Source: Phallusia mammillata (lineage: Eukaryota). From it: 64,000 nucleotides of DNA. Shown here piece by piece: positions 35,950 to 48,200 of this stretch. Both the position numbers and the translations under genes were made by a program. The notes beneath the pieces were generated by a model. The model ran no database searches. It saw only the letters and a list, made by a program, of their open reading frames with translations, and had not been told where the DNA came from. The stretch lies in assembly GCA_965637545.1 (NCBI GenBank), contig OZ281497.1, positions 22,816,001 to 22,880,000 on the forward strand. The letters are read 5' to 3'. The number at the start of each line of letters is the position of its first letter. Positions within the stretch are counted from its first letter, which is position 1.

Positions 35950-38900
35950 ATGAAGGGAAATTATCTGAGCTATATTTTGGTTTTGGTTTTGATTCAGTAT
36001 TCGACGGGACAAGGTAATAGTAAGTAGGTCCAACAACAACGTGCAACAATGTACGTACAATTGGTAAAACAAAAGGCGATGGAGCAAAATTACTGATCGA
36101 TTATTGAAAAGTGTTGCTCTTGTGCATGTTGCAAATTTTGCTCAGGTTTTGTGTAATTAAATTAAATGCTAAAGATGTGACATTTAAAGCTAAGGTATGG
36201 AACAAACGATTACTTCCGAAAAATAAAGGTGCAAGTGATTTGAATTGAACACTATTGAATTGAACACTATTGAACATATTTCAGGCTACAACAAAATCAA
36301 GAAAGAAAAACAAAGACAAACACAACCATCTCTAGATAACCCATACGCTTGTACTTTCAGGTTGTACCACAACGATGCAAGCAGTGAAGGACAGTTTGTT
36401 GATATTATCTGACGATCTTGCGGATGCAAACACTGCACAGGAGAAATGTTCTTTGCTGGGTGGAAATCTTGCACTGACTGATGACCCACAGATCAACACA
36501 ACTCTCACTCAACTCATGACAGACAAATACACAACAGGTTTCATGAATGCAAAATAATGATATTGTAGATATGGTATATAGTCCAACACACATACTGTGT
36601 TCTGTAGCAACCAATTGATAAAAATTAGTTCTACAAACTATTGTCCAACAGCAATCCTGGAATTCATAGCCAAGAAATTTACTTCTGCTATTATGAAATC
36701 AGCGCTGACTCGGAGAGGTGGAATGTGACCATTGGAAGGAACTGTGGGGTCCAAGGTAGGCGTTTCTCTCAGCTTAGTAATTGCTAACGTTCCGAAACAA
36801 AATAAGGGCACTAAAATTTTACACAAAAATGCCAAAATTTTATAAAAACTGTTCATATTGATGCCCAAATTTACAAAAAAAAACATTACGCAAGGAAACA
36901 AACACACTACGGTCTGAAAAGTCTCCAACAACAACCAATCCAAAAGTATTCAATAACGGAAAAATGCTGTTTAGACTGTTTTATTTCAACCGTGTAGTTT
37001 TCCTAGAATAATACTATTGTGTTACTATCTTGCTATTTATCCCGTTTTAACCAATACGTTCTTACCTTCATCTTCATTATTGTAGTCACACATAAACCTT
37101 TTTACATAAGGTTGACCTGCAACCAAATCTGCACTGTTTTCAGGATGGCAATCCCGGTATTCCTTATTCTCCGAAATTAACACCCTGGGGCGCCAAAAAG
37201 AAATATTTACCTATGCAAGATATACACAGCCAATTTCAAGCAAGTTACGAAGTGTCAATGAGACGTATAAAACTTTTACAAAATATGAAGGATCTTTTCT
37301 GGCACGAAGTAAGTGTTTGGTTTGAAAAAATACAAAGACAAAGGGTTTCGACCTTGTAATTTATATTTTTGAATAACATTCGCAAATTTTGTCTAGACAT
37401 TAAAATTCTGATTGGATCTCGTTATAACACGTCCTTAAATGGTTGGTATTGGAGCGACGGATCTCCGGCAAACTTTCCTGTTCCCAACGTTACAACTTGC
37501 CAGCAGGGAGCGTTGCATTATGGGATCGGATGGGAGCAGTCAAGTATGAAATGCAGTGGGGAGCCGGCTTACTACGCTTGCCAATCTAAAAGTAAGCAAT
37601 TATAAAACAAAATTATTTAGACCAGGTAAACGATAGATAAAAATTCATAAATATTTGTTTAAATTTTTGATTCGTTTTTGTACTTAACTATATCCAAAAA
37701 ATATAATTGTGTGCAAATTACAGATTAGGTCCTAATTTTTTTTTGCAATTTGATGATTTGTGTTTCAATGATACAGTGCATGACTTTGTCGTGACGTTTC
37801 TTGCAAAATATTACAACGTTTAGTGATTCATCTGCAGTCACTTCCATTTAAACTTTTGACCCACTTTTAGTCAAAGCTCTTGTGGAGAAATCCAAATGCA
37901 ACGCATCAACTGTGTTTGTCAGTTGGACTGGAATTAACCCATTCATCACGAATAACAATCTCGAAGCAAAGGTATTGTTATAAAGTTTGTTTGACATGTG
38001 GGTGTTACGTCTTTTCACAAATGCTGTATTCAGGTTGAAATTTATGTTGTGGGAATAAACAAGAGGACTGTAACACCGTATGCAGATCAAAACGCAATTA
38101 TTGAAAACCTAAGTTTTGAAACAGAATATAAGATCACTGTAAGTAGTGCTTAAAGCGTCAAGTTTGGACCGATCACAAATAAAATACTACGGCTTACCAA
38201 AACTCTTATTAAGTTGCATTAAAGCTTTGTTGGATTATATTGGCCTCCAAATGATTGTCTCATTTTCAACATGTGACTAAACTAATGATATGCTTATAGC
38301 ATCACTATAAGTAGTGCAAAAATAATCACTGAATGCAATAACAATTTGCTTTATCAGAACTTAACTGTTTGTACTGGAAGCCCTGACAAATAAAAAATTC
38401 AAACAAATTTAAAATTCACAGATCACTGCAATGCTTATGGGATGCATAAACGCCAACGTCTCGACATCCAAACTAGTAACAACTTTTGGAAATCCCCCAT
38501 CGAGTTGCTATCCTCCAGGTAAGCGATCGTGTTTATAATTTTGATAATCTTGATGTTTTATAACTTATCTATGACTATTTTTAGTAAACACCACTGCAGA
38601 GACATTTCCATGCAACGCTTCAACTGTGCTTGTCAGTTGGACTGGACTTGATCAGTTCATCATCAACAACAATCTTATTGCACTGGTTTAAAACAAAGTT
38701 TGTGTTTTGTTGAATTGTTTTTGAATCCCAAACACATGCAGGTTGTGGTTCAAGTCCATGGTTCACACCAAACAATCTCTGTTCCGTATTCTGACAAAGC
38801 GACAATAGAAGATCTCATTCACTCTACTTTGTATGAAATTCAGGTAATAAACTTCTTTTTTCATAGCAATACATCAAAACAACCAGGACACAAAACATAT

Positions 38901-41900
38901 TTTTTGATACATCGCAGATCACAGTGATTGTCACCGGTTCAATCAACACAAACATCACATCCAATCTGACAGTAACAACTCCGGGTAATCCTCCTCAAAG
39001 CTGTTACCCTAAAGGTAAAATTAAACGTTATGTGGCTCAATCTTGCACTTTAAGTTGTGTAAAAATAAACCTAATGTTTATCACTTTATAGTGAATATAG
39101 TTTCCAAGAAACGAGTAAAATTTTTGACAACCCGCCCATATTGTAAACCACAAACAGTAGAGTTTTCTTACTTACATTGCAGTAAACATGACTGCTGAGA
39201 CATTTCCATGCAACGCTTCAACTGTGCTTATCAGTTGGACTGGACTTGATCAATTCATCAGCAATAACAATCTTATTGCACAGGTGAAGATAAAAGTTGT
39301 TTTGTTGTTGTCAAACAAAACCACGTTAAACTTCTCTTTGCCAATATCAAAATGCAGGTTGAGATTCAGGGCCAGAGTTTGAACCAAACCATCTTAGTCC
39401 CGTATTATGATAATTCCATCGCAATCCTAGATATCATTCACTCTACTTCGTATGAAATCCTGGTAAGCACAGTTCTTATAATTTGGTGCGCCCAAACACT
39501 CTTATTTTGATATTATAGATCACAGTGATTGTTACTGGCTCCATAAACACAAACATCACATCCAATGTAACAGTAGCAACTCCGGATAAACCCTCACCAA
39601 GTTGTTTACGAGATAACACGGCCAAGCCTCCAATGACTCATGGAATGATTGTTGGTCTGGTGATCGGGCTGTTGCTTCTGGTACTTGTTATTGGTGCGCT
39701 TGTGATTCTGTTTATACGTCGAAGACAAAGGTTTGTGTATGATTCTCTTGGCGTGTTAAAAGTTTACGTTGCAGCATTAATCGATGCTGTGGTTTGTCTC
39801 ATATTGATATGAGTCAACGCAAATTCACTTTGTAGCTTTTATCCATGTTGATTGAGAGGGAGGAATAAACTGAAAGTGCCATCGTGATTTCACACTAAAA
39901 AGAAAGTTTTTTGAAAGGGATTTTAAGCGAAAAGTTATCGGACAAACACTCAGTTTATTCCTCCCTCTCAATCAACACAGATAAAAGCTATAAATTGAAT
40001 TCGTGTTGAGTCATATTAATATAAGACAAATCATAGCATTAATAATAGCAGTGATTCACGCTTCTAGGCAATTTACTAAAAATCTGATACGACAATTCAG
40101 GCAATTGAAATACAAATAGGGAGGGAAAACAATTAAAGAACCAATACGTAATGTTTAATTGCTTTTATAGAATGAGAAAAGATCAATATCCACAAGTAAA
40201 CAATTTTACCGCTGCATCTCACACAGGTAAAGTTTGCAATCATTAACTGGCTTGTTTTTGGAATTGTGTACATTAAATTAGCACATATATACATAGCGAT
40301 ATACACTACTATTCGTTATACACACTTTACGGTTTAAACAGGAAACGTGACATACGAAAACCTATCTCCTTCTGCTGGTGCATCTAGAAACTGTAAAGTC
40401 ACCAACTTGTTTGAAGTGTACAAGAAAAATGTTGAGTCAGGAATTCTGTTTGCCAACGAGTTTGAGGTTAGAGTTAAAACAATGGCGAAAATATACATGC
40501 AAAGTTAAGTTAAATAAACTAAAGTAACCTAATACCTTTTATTCCATTCTTTTTTTATTTCCAGGGGATTGAAGCACAAATCATAAATAACCAGCGAACA
40601 AATGGCGTGTCACAGTTGCCGCAAAATGCTGTGAGAAACCGCTACAAGAATATTTTCCCCTGTAAGTAGCGAAACACGAAATGCAAAGTAGTTACATCAA
40701 TGAGTTTGTGAAATTGGCTGATTTTTCCCATTCATCAAAATTGCGGGGGAAAAGGTTATTTTGTCGATTTAACTTGTGTTTGTTCAATAGACGATCATGC
40801 TCGAGTGGTTTTGCAAGGAAGCGGTGGAAACGATTACATCAACGCCGCTTATATACCGGGTTACGATAACGAGAGGAAGTTCATCGCCACTCAGGGTCCG
40901 AAGAAGGAGACAATCAACGATTTCTGGTTGATGGTTTGGCAGGAAAACTCCAACATCATCGTAATGCTAACTGGCTTGGTGGAAAACGGAAAGGTAATTA
41001 TCGGCATTGATTTCGTGTTAAAAATGTCGGGTTTGAATGTATTCCAACTCAGAAACAAACAGTTATCCCTTTTTCAACGTGTTTTACATGCAGTCAAAGT
41101 GTGAACAGTATTGGCCTGACAATGAATCCGAAATTAAGATGTCGAATTTGGAAGTTCGAACACAACATGAAGTAACCATCGGTGGCATCGTTCAACGACA
41201 GATCGTTTTGTCTTCAACCAAGGTATGTGTAAACTTATTTAAAAACGTGAATGTCTAACAGATATTTGTCATACTCAAACGGTATCGTATAAAGTTTTCA
41301 TGCAAAATAAAACTGGCATGAGATTGGACAACAACAATAACAGGTAGAAAATTACACAATATTTTCTTGAGTTTTTGTAGCATTAACAAAAAACAAACCT
41401 ACTTTTCTAAGTACCTTGACTATCATTAGGGTTTTGTCATGCAAAATTTCATGAAGGAAATTATGATCACATATTTTTTATCCTCAGGAGCAACGAACCA
41501 TAACACAGTTGCAGTTTACAACTTGGCCCGATCATGGAATTCCAGTAACTACATCCAACATGATCCACCTGCGTAACATGGTCGATGATTTGCAAAACAC
41601 AAATGCTCCAATTATTGTGCACTGCAGGTAAAGACTTGACAAACCCTGTGTTATTTCGATCAATCAATTACACATTTAAATTCAGTGCTGGAGTGGGACG
41701 CACAGGTACTTACATGGCGATGGACACTTTGTTTCATGAACTTGACGACAAAGGAACAGTTGATGTGCCACTAACTGTGTTAAGAATGAGAGAAAACCGA
41801 ACAGACATGATTCAAAACTTGGTAAACCAGTTACAAATGTTGATCTGACAACGTAAAAACAAAAGACAGAAGGAATTTAGCATAAAATTCAAAAAAATGC

Positions 41901-44781
41901 TTCTAAAAAGGAGCACATGTAATTAGGACAAGCAACGAATTGAAATCATATTTGTATTACTTAATTTGCATTTCTACAGAAACAATACATGTACGTCTAC
42001 AAACTTCTTACCGAGCGTGAAAATTTAAAGGAAACAGATAAAGATGCTTCGGAACTACAATCGATGACTTTAAGTGAAATGTGAGCAATTGTATTTTGTT
42101 TTGTCAAATCACATATTTTGTTCGCCATTATACAAATCTTTTTGCTTTGCGATGTAAACAATCTAGCATTAGATAAACTAATCGTACACAAACACTACAA
42201 TCGGGTTTGTGGGAGTAACAGAATTTCGTTTCAAACGCTTTTTTTACAACGGAAATATTAGAATAAAAAAGCTATTGCTGCCAGGCATAGTATCAATTTT
42301 ATAGAGCTCTTCTGGCAAACGTATTTTTGTTCCGACGTTTCGACGTCCTATTCAGGTCGTCTTCATCAGGGTAAATAAAACCGAATGCTACTAGTACAGT
42401 GCAGTGCATAGATACATTTGCCAGAAGAGCTTTGTAAACTTGAACGTATTTGAAAGTTGTCACTATGCTGTACAGGCGTTTTCGTCCACCAGGTTGCATA
42501 TTTAACAAAAATGTCGTTCAACCGGTGTAATGTTAAACAAAAATACTAGTTGTTTCTATCCATAACTTGTATTTTCGCTGACGTTTCGCCCACCAGATCG
42601 GTAGGGCTTCATCAGAGCAATGAATGACGAATGCAAGCAACAAGCGAAAGGCGCAAGAACAGCGTGATACCATGTAAAATAATTATATTATAACAAAGGC
42701 TATCCGAAAAGAGTAGCGTCCGTTGCAAAACGATGAAGGCACTAATGTCCAAAATTTCGGTACCATCAAAAAAGAATATGGCCACATCAGATTTGGATAG
42801 ACTACATTACGAACTTAGGCTCAATCGCTCCTAGGGGACAGCTCGATGTACCAACGGTTTGAAAAGGAATCCACCCAAGACGCCCAACCAAACCATCAAA
42901 TTTCGGACATTAGTGCCGCTTCATCGTTTTACAACGGACGCTACTCTTTTCGGATGGCCTTTGTTGTAATATAATTATTTTTCATGGTATCACGCTGTTC
43001 TTGCGCTTTTCGCTTGTTGCTTGCATTCGTCATTCAATGCTCTGATGAAGCCCTACCGATCTGGTGGGCGAAACGTCAGCGAAAATACAAGTTATGGATA
43101 GAAACAACTAGTATTTTTGTTTAACATTACACCGGTTGAACGACATTTTTGTTAAAGTTGTCACTATGTTGTGCTATTTACAATAAACTGCCTTTTAAAT
43201 TTTATTCCCACGACATCAAAGCTTTTGTTTTACAGTAACGAAATGCAAGAGCAAGAATTCAACACGTTGTCATCTTGGAGATTTGGTGAGGAATGGCTGG
43301 AAAATCACCCACAGCTAAGAACATGTAACTAAATATCTGAGAATATTGTACATACATTTCACACTCTTAATTGTTTTTAGACAACAACACGGCAGTGAAA
43401 GTTTGGAGCGACAAACTTGAGCTGATGCAGCAGTTGGATGCTTCATATATTCAGGTGATAATATAAACAGCAAATATGCCATCACATCTAAACTTATGCG
43501 TATGTAGCATTATTGTCTTCTAATTAGTTTAAAGTCGAATCAAGTATGTTTTTGTGGTTTGACAAACATTTACTTGCACTTTGACCTTTGTGAAGAGACA
43601 TTGTTTGTGACCTTATTTGTCTGGTCTAGTTTAATTTAGTTTTAAATACAGGAACAAGGATCTTCGGAATGTTTTATCGCTGCGCGAAATCCTGCAGCAG
43701 GAGAAAAGGATAATTTCTGGAAGATGATTGTAGAGAAGAAAGCTTTGGTTGTCGTTGATTTGGAGAATGGCATAGAAGTAAGTTTGTCTTATTTGAAACA
43801 GTGAGTTACTTTACGTTGCCGCATCCTTTATTAAAACATGAAATTGTATTAAGATTCCAGTAAATGCAGCTTTCCAAATTGAAGACATTTCGGCTTCTGT
43901 ATGCGATATGAATGAAACTAACGTGCACAATCTTATAACTGTTGACGTCTGGTCTGCAACTAAGGCCTTTGTAAGTTGAAAACTTTAAACACATGACTAC
44001 CTACAATTAAGGTTTGATTGTGGTCTAGTATGTGTAAACCATTTTGCAGTAAATAATGAAAACGTCCTAAAACAAATAGAACAACATAGCTATTTATTCA
44101 AATCTCGTATTTTTTGCTATTTAAGACCGGTTTTAAAGCGTTGCATAATCAAAATTTGATTTAATTGTTTTCAGGCTGATTTTCAATTGATGCTGTTGCA
44201 AGTCAAGGGATGGAATGACGTGGAACGGCCACCGAAAGAAAGGGATTTTATTAAAATTATTGAGGAAATGCAACGGCTAAAGACCAGACGGAATTGCCAA
44301 TATGTGTTGGTAACATGCAGGTAAAATTTGTTTACATTTTTTTGGCAAAACATGAAGATTCAATACAACAACCTTTTATTTCATAAAATTACTTGTTGTT
44401 ATGTCAATGTTTAAAAGTGACATCAGCCTCTCAAAGCAAATAAGAGTTGCTAAAACTCATCAATCAGATAACAAGATAAAATGTTCCCGACATGTTTCCA
44501 GTAACGGGTCAACAAGAACTGGGACCTTCATCGCTCTGGTGAACATTCTCGAACGTTTGAAGGCACAAAAGCGGGTGGATGTATTTCGAACTGTGAAAGA
44601 CCTGAGAGATATGACACCGAATATGGTCGACAACAAGGTAACGTTTTTGCGTATGGTTGGTATACTACAAACACTGCACCTTTATGTAATGTTCATGTGT
44701 GTACAGGAACTCTACAAATACTGCTACTCGGTCATCATGCAATATTTGTCCGATTTCGACACTTATTCAAACTACAAATGA
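35950..44781 (+). CDS. Copy E: receptor-type protein tyrosine phosphatase (lectin-like / 3xFN3 / TM / D1 / D2); exon 3 uncertain
   Basis: Exons: 35950-36019, 36361-36537, (36572-36599?), 36652-36776, 37144-37308, 37397-37591, 37871-37971, 38034-38138, 38422-38518, 38585-38685, 38742-38843, 38918-39014, 39183-39283, 39358-39462, 39519-39730 (TM), 40171-40226, 40342-40466, 40565-40661, 40791-40993, 41094-41222, 41488-41627, 41686-41821, 41980-42080, 43236-43324, 43381-43454, 43652-43777, 43854-43970, 44175-44320, 44502-44637, 44707-44781. D1 has [44 protein letters not shown] and the Q-loop all intact. Confidence 0.85.
39785..40039. mobile_element. Fold-back (MITE-like) element in the intron after the TM exon of copy E
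   Basis: ~90-bp imperfect inverted arms at 39785-39873 and 39950-40039 (core GTTGATTGAGAGGGAGGAATAAACTGA / TCAGTTTATTCCTCCCTCTCAATCAAC). Confidence 0.7.
42270..42452 (-). mobile_element. Penelope-like terminal fragment with a minimal hammerhead motif (same family as 24409-24680)
   Basis: The - strand reads CTGATGA-agacgacctgaataggacgtc-GAAACGTC (42334-42369) and shares the end ATGCCTGGCAGCAATAGC. The left boundary is clear; the right boundary is approximate. Confidence 0.65.
42468..43156. mobile_element. Inverted-repeat Penelope-like element carrying two opposed hammerhead motifs
   Basis: ~255-bp inverted arms (42501-~42760 and ~42895-43156) with a 33-bp one-sided extension (42468-42500). 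Flanking direct repeat AAAGTTGTCACTATG (42453-42467, 43154-43168). Hammerhead cores at 43042-43077 (+) and 42580-42615 (-). Confidence 0.8.
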
Positions 44782-46379
44782 ACTTTAATCAACTGAAGTT
44801 CAATCTACTAGAAATATGTTACCAGCAATTAGATGTATTTTAAACATAACGATTTCAATGTTAATTTTTATACAAGTAATTTGCTTTGTCACAAACTTAT
44901 TAGCTTTTTTTTAACTTGAAACGAAATACTTGTGTAGATCTCTCTTGTATGTTTGCATTAGCGTGTGTCGTGCGTTTTTATTTTTATTTTCTGTCCTTTT
45001 CAAACTGTACAAAAGCGAGCTTTTTGTTTCGGACAGTTTTTTGATATTGAACTGCTGTGGAATAAAGCGTTATCCTCTTTACATTTATGTTTTATCGCTG
45101 TTTTAGTTTTTTTGAATTTTTAGATTTATGCTTGTGCACTAATGTATACACAAATACATAAAATTGTAAATAAACTAAGATTTCTTGTATGTTTCATAAT
45201 GTATGGTACTTGCAGGTATTTTGGCCAGAATGGAAATAAAGCCCATTTCCCATATATTATCATTATTTTTAGTGTACAAGGAATCGAAAAGATTTTCATC
45301 TATTCACAGTATATGCGCACACGATATGGTTTACAAACATATAAATCAGATCGGTATAGCCTAATAGTTGCTACGGCCAATCCAAAATTAAAACTGCTCC
45401 TTTATGACCATATATTATTTTTAAAAAAGATTTTTGATCTTTTTTAACAAACATTCAAAAGTTTTGCTGTTGAAAAGAAAACTTGTCAGGATATATCAGG
45501 AAGTGGGTCAAAAAATCACGATGTCCGGTCAAATTTATTGCATAAAGATAAAAGGTAAAAAATATTTACAAACCGAAGTAAATCGTATATGCATTGTCAT
45601 CTCAACTACGTATACTACACTTATGCTCAATTACACTATTAATTGTTTTAAGAGTTTAAAGTGGTATTGTCTAATTTAAGATGTTGATTTTTGTGAGCAT
45701 GTATTGTTGGGATTCACAAACACAGGAGAGCAAATCGCATGCGTGATGTGCAATACATGTTTGCGATTTGAAGAACTTGAACACTCGTATTTGTAAGTTG
45801 CAAGGACAGTAGGTGGCGTCAGAGGGTGATTTGAGTCCAGTTGTGTTAACTGCAAATACTTGCCATCACCCTTTGCCAAAAAATACCCTTCGCATTGTTT
45901 GTTTCCAAATGAGTTAAAAGCAGAGTTATGAGTTGTGTCAAGCTTTTTCTGTTAAACATATAGGCCGCGCTTATAGGGTTGAAGTCTGATTCAAGTGTCC
46001 TGATTTTATTCAGGTGTCATACGTTGAATTTCTGGCGTCAAACCATTTAATTAGGGATCAGGCTTTGTTTCGGGCTTGTAGTTCGGGTCCACTACGATCC
46101 CGCTCCAAAGCAGGGGAAAGGCAAAGTGGTGAAGTTTGACAATCTATCAGAAACTGCATTGAAAATATTTACTCAACCAAGTTTTATGAATTAGTGCTGT
46201 TAGTTAGGCTCGATAATCTAAGTTGATGAATCTATGAAAATGACGCTAGGAAATTCGAATTTAATTATTTTCTTTAGTGGGAAACTGCACCAAAAAGATT
46301 AAAAACCACCGTTTAAATCATCCCATATGCTGACGAATCCCGATCAGGTGTATATGGGTCAGGCGCGCCAGGCCATTCG

Positions 46380-48200
46380 GCCAAGTTCCCGCCCCAAATT
46401 GAAGATGGTTTTGTACAGAAATTAATTTCTTGTCCTTCAAATTCCGTTTCAAATCAAATCAAATTGAATGCAAATGCCACAAACACTTACTTCTATTGCT
46501 AGTGATTTACCACATTAAATTCGGAAAATCGAAAAACAAACCAAACACAACCAGAACAAGGGACGTGTCACACTTGCCTGAAAATGCTGTGAGAAACCGA
46601 TAGAAGAATATTTTCCCTTGTAAGTATTGAAACACAAAGTCTTAAGTGGGGGCTTAAACGTAGCTTTAAATATTTGGTTCGAAGATTTTGTCAGGCCAAA
46701 ATCAGAAACAGCATTTTAAACAAATAACTTCAACTTTTGTGTTTTACTTCCGTGTTAGGCTACGACCTAGTCCAAGGTACAGGCTTTGTTATTACAACCG
46801 AAACTGATACAATGCTGTATAAGTTCTATTCATCTATAGGTAGCAAGCCTGACTACGCAAATAGCAACCGATATTCTATTGAAAGGAAGCAAAATTCCCT
46901 TTAAAAAGGCACATTTAGTGTTGTAAAAAGTTATGTACAATTGGATTTTGCCAGGTGGACTTTATTCATCGGGTAGCGCATGTATTTCTGACTAGGAATT
47001 TTCCCATAGCGCTTACGTGTGCTCGCAATAACGACGCTCCAAGACAAATCACAGTACGTCAGATTAACTACCTACGTTTACCTCACGGAAATACGTGGTA
47101 GACGGGATTGATTACTTTAAAGGCCCTCTTCCATGCTTGGTGTTTTCTTTACGTTAACCGCTCCTGTAGGTTAAAGGAATTAAATAAACAAATAGATGAT
47201 GAGATATACAGGCAGACAACGTTCAGTCATGCTTTGCGACACAGCGCTCTTTCTTTTAACCATTGTGTTAATTTCTACAACATACAGAAAATTCCATTGA
47301 AGCTAATCAACAATGTGTTATGAGTCAGTACCGTCGGTTGGGCAGATGTGCAGTGTGTAGTCATACCTGATGTAAGGTTAACATCTTGAAGCATGAGGAA
47401 GTGTACATGTGTTGTATACCCAATGATGAAAATAACGACCCAAACAGGCGAAAAATACTAAATGCTTATGTCATCATCAGTGATATGAGAGGCCCCATCA
47501 GTTACACCTGTTTACATAAACTTGAGTCACGTAAAAGATTGATAAAAAATGTGCAAACAAGCGTCGCGTAAAAAGACGGTTGGTGTATGTTATTTTGTAC
47601 AGCACATTGTAAGGTACATTTATCAAATAGAGTGTTGTACATTTAAGCTAGACTGCTGTGAATAAACTAATATTAGTTACAAAGCTTTAGCACAGATAAG
47701 GCCCAGTTTAATTGTGAAATAATCGTGGTCCAGAAGCAAAGCAGTATCGCGAGCAGTACAAGTATAATATAGTTACCATACTGTTTAATTTAAAACGAAA
47801 GCTGATGTGGTCTTAACAGTGCAGCTCGTGACAATATGTAGGCCGTGTATGTTAGTATAGCCAGATTTCGGTACACTAGTTTGTCAGGAGTTACAGGCCG
47901 AAATACCCACAGCCCAACTGCACGATGTTTATGTTATAATTGTAGTGTTTGAAACGCAGCTTGTCTTACAACAAACAAAGCAACAAACACTTTCTTTAAA
48001 TCGGAAGCGAATTGTAATGACAAATAGAAAGTGACCATATATTTGTTCATTGTGACAAACCAGACGTGATGATTGTGGCTTGTATCAGCAAGGTTGTGGT
48101 TATTTCCATGATGGTTCATGTAATAACCGCACAAATTAAACGTAAGTGTGTCACGTTTACTATCAAAAAAGTTAATATCTGATTGCTTGGTTTTAAACCC
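46380..48200 (+). repeat. Duplicated intergenic spacer (paralog of ~58250-60530) containing an orphan PTP exon and the upstream region of the next gene
   Basis: Colinear matches include TTTGTACAGAAA...TTTCAAATCAAATCAAATTGA, AAATCACAGTACGTCAGATT and CAGTTACA...CACCTAAGTCAC/AACTTGAGTCAC, and continue to the signal-peptide exons of F and G. Boundaries are approximate. Confidence 0.75.
46525..46619 (+). pseudogene. Orphan PTP D1 first exon (RNRY exon), with nonsense codon
   Basis: Homologous to 29341-29437 and 51283-51379. The acceptor is mutated to CGG and TAG (46601-46603) replaces the Tyr codon. No neighbouring PTP exons. Confidence 0.8.

Noticed and set aside
36241-36275. Short tandem duplications (also 1696-1735)
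   Set aside because: These are 15-21-bp slippage duplications in intron or UTR sequence with no sign of function.
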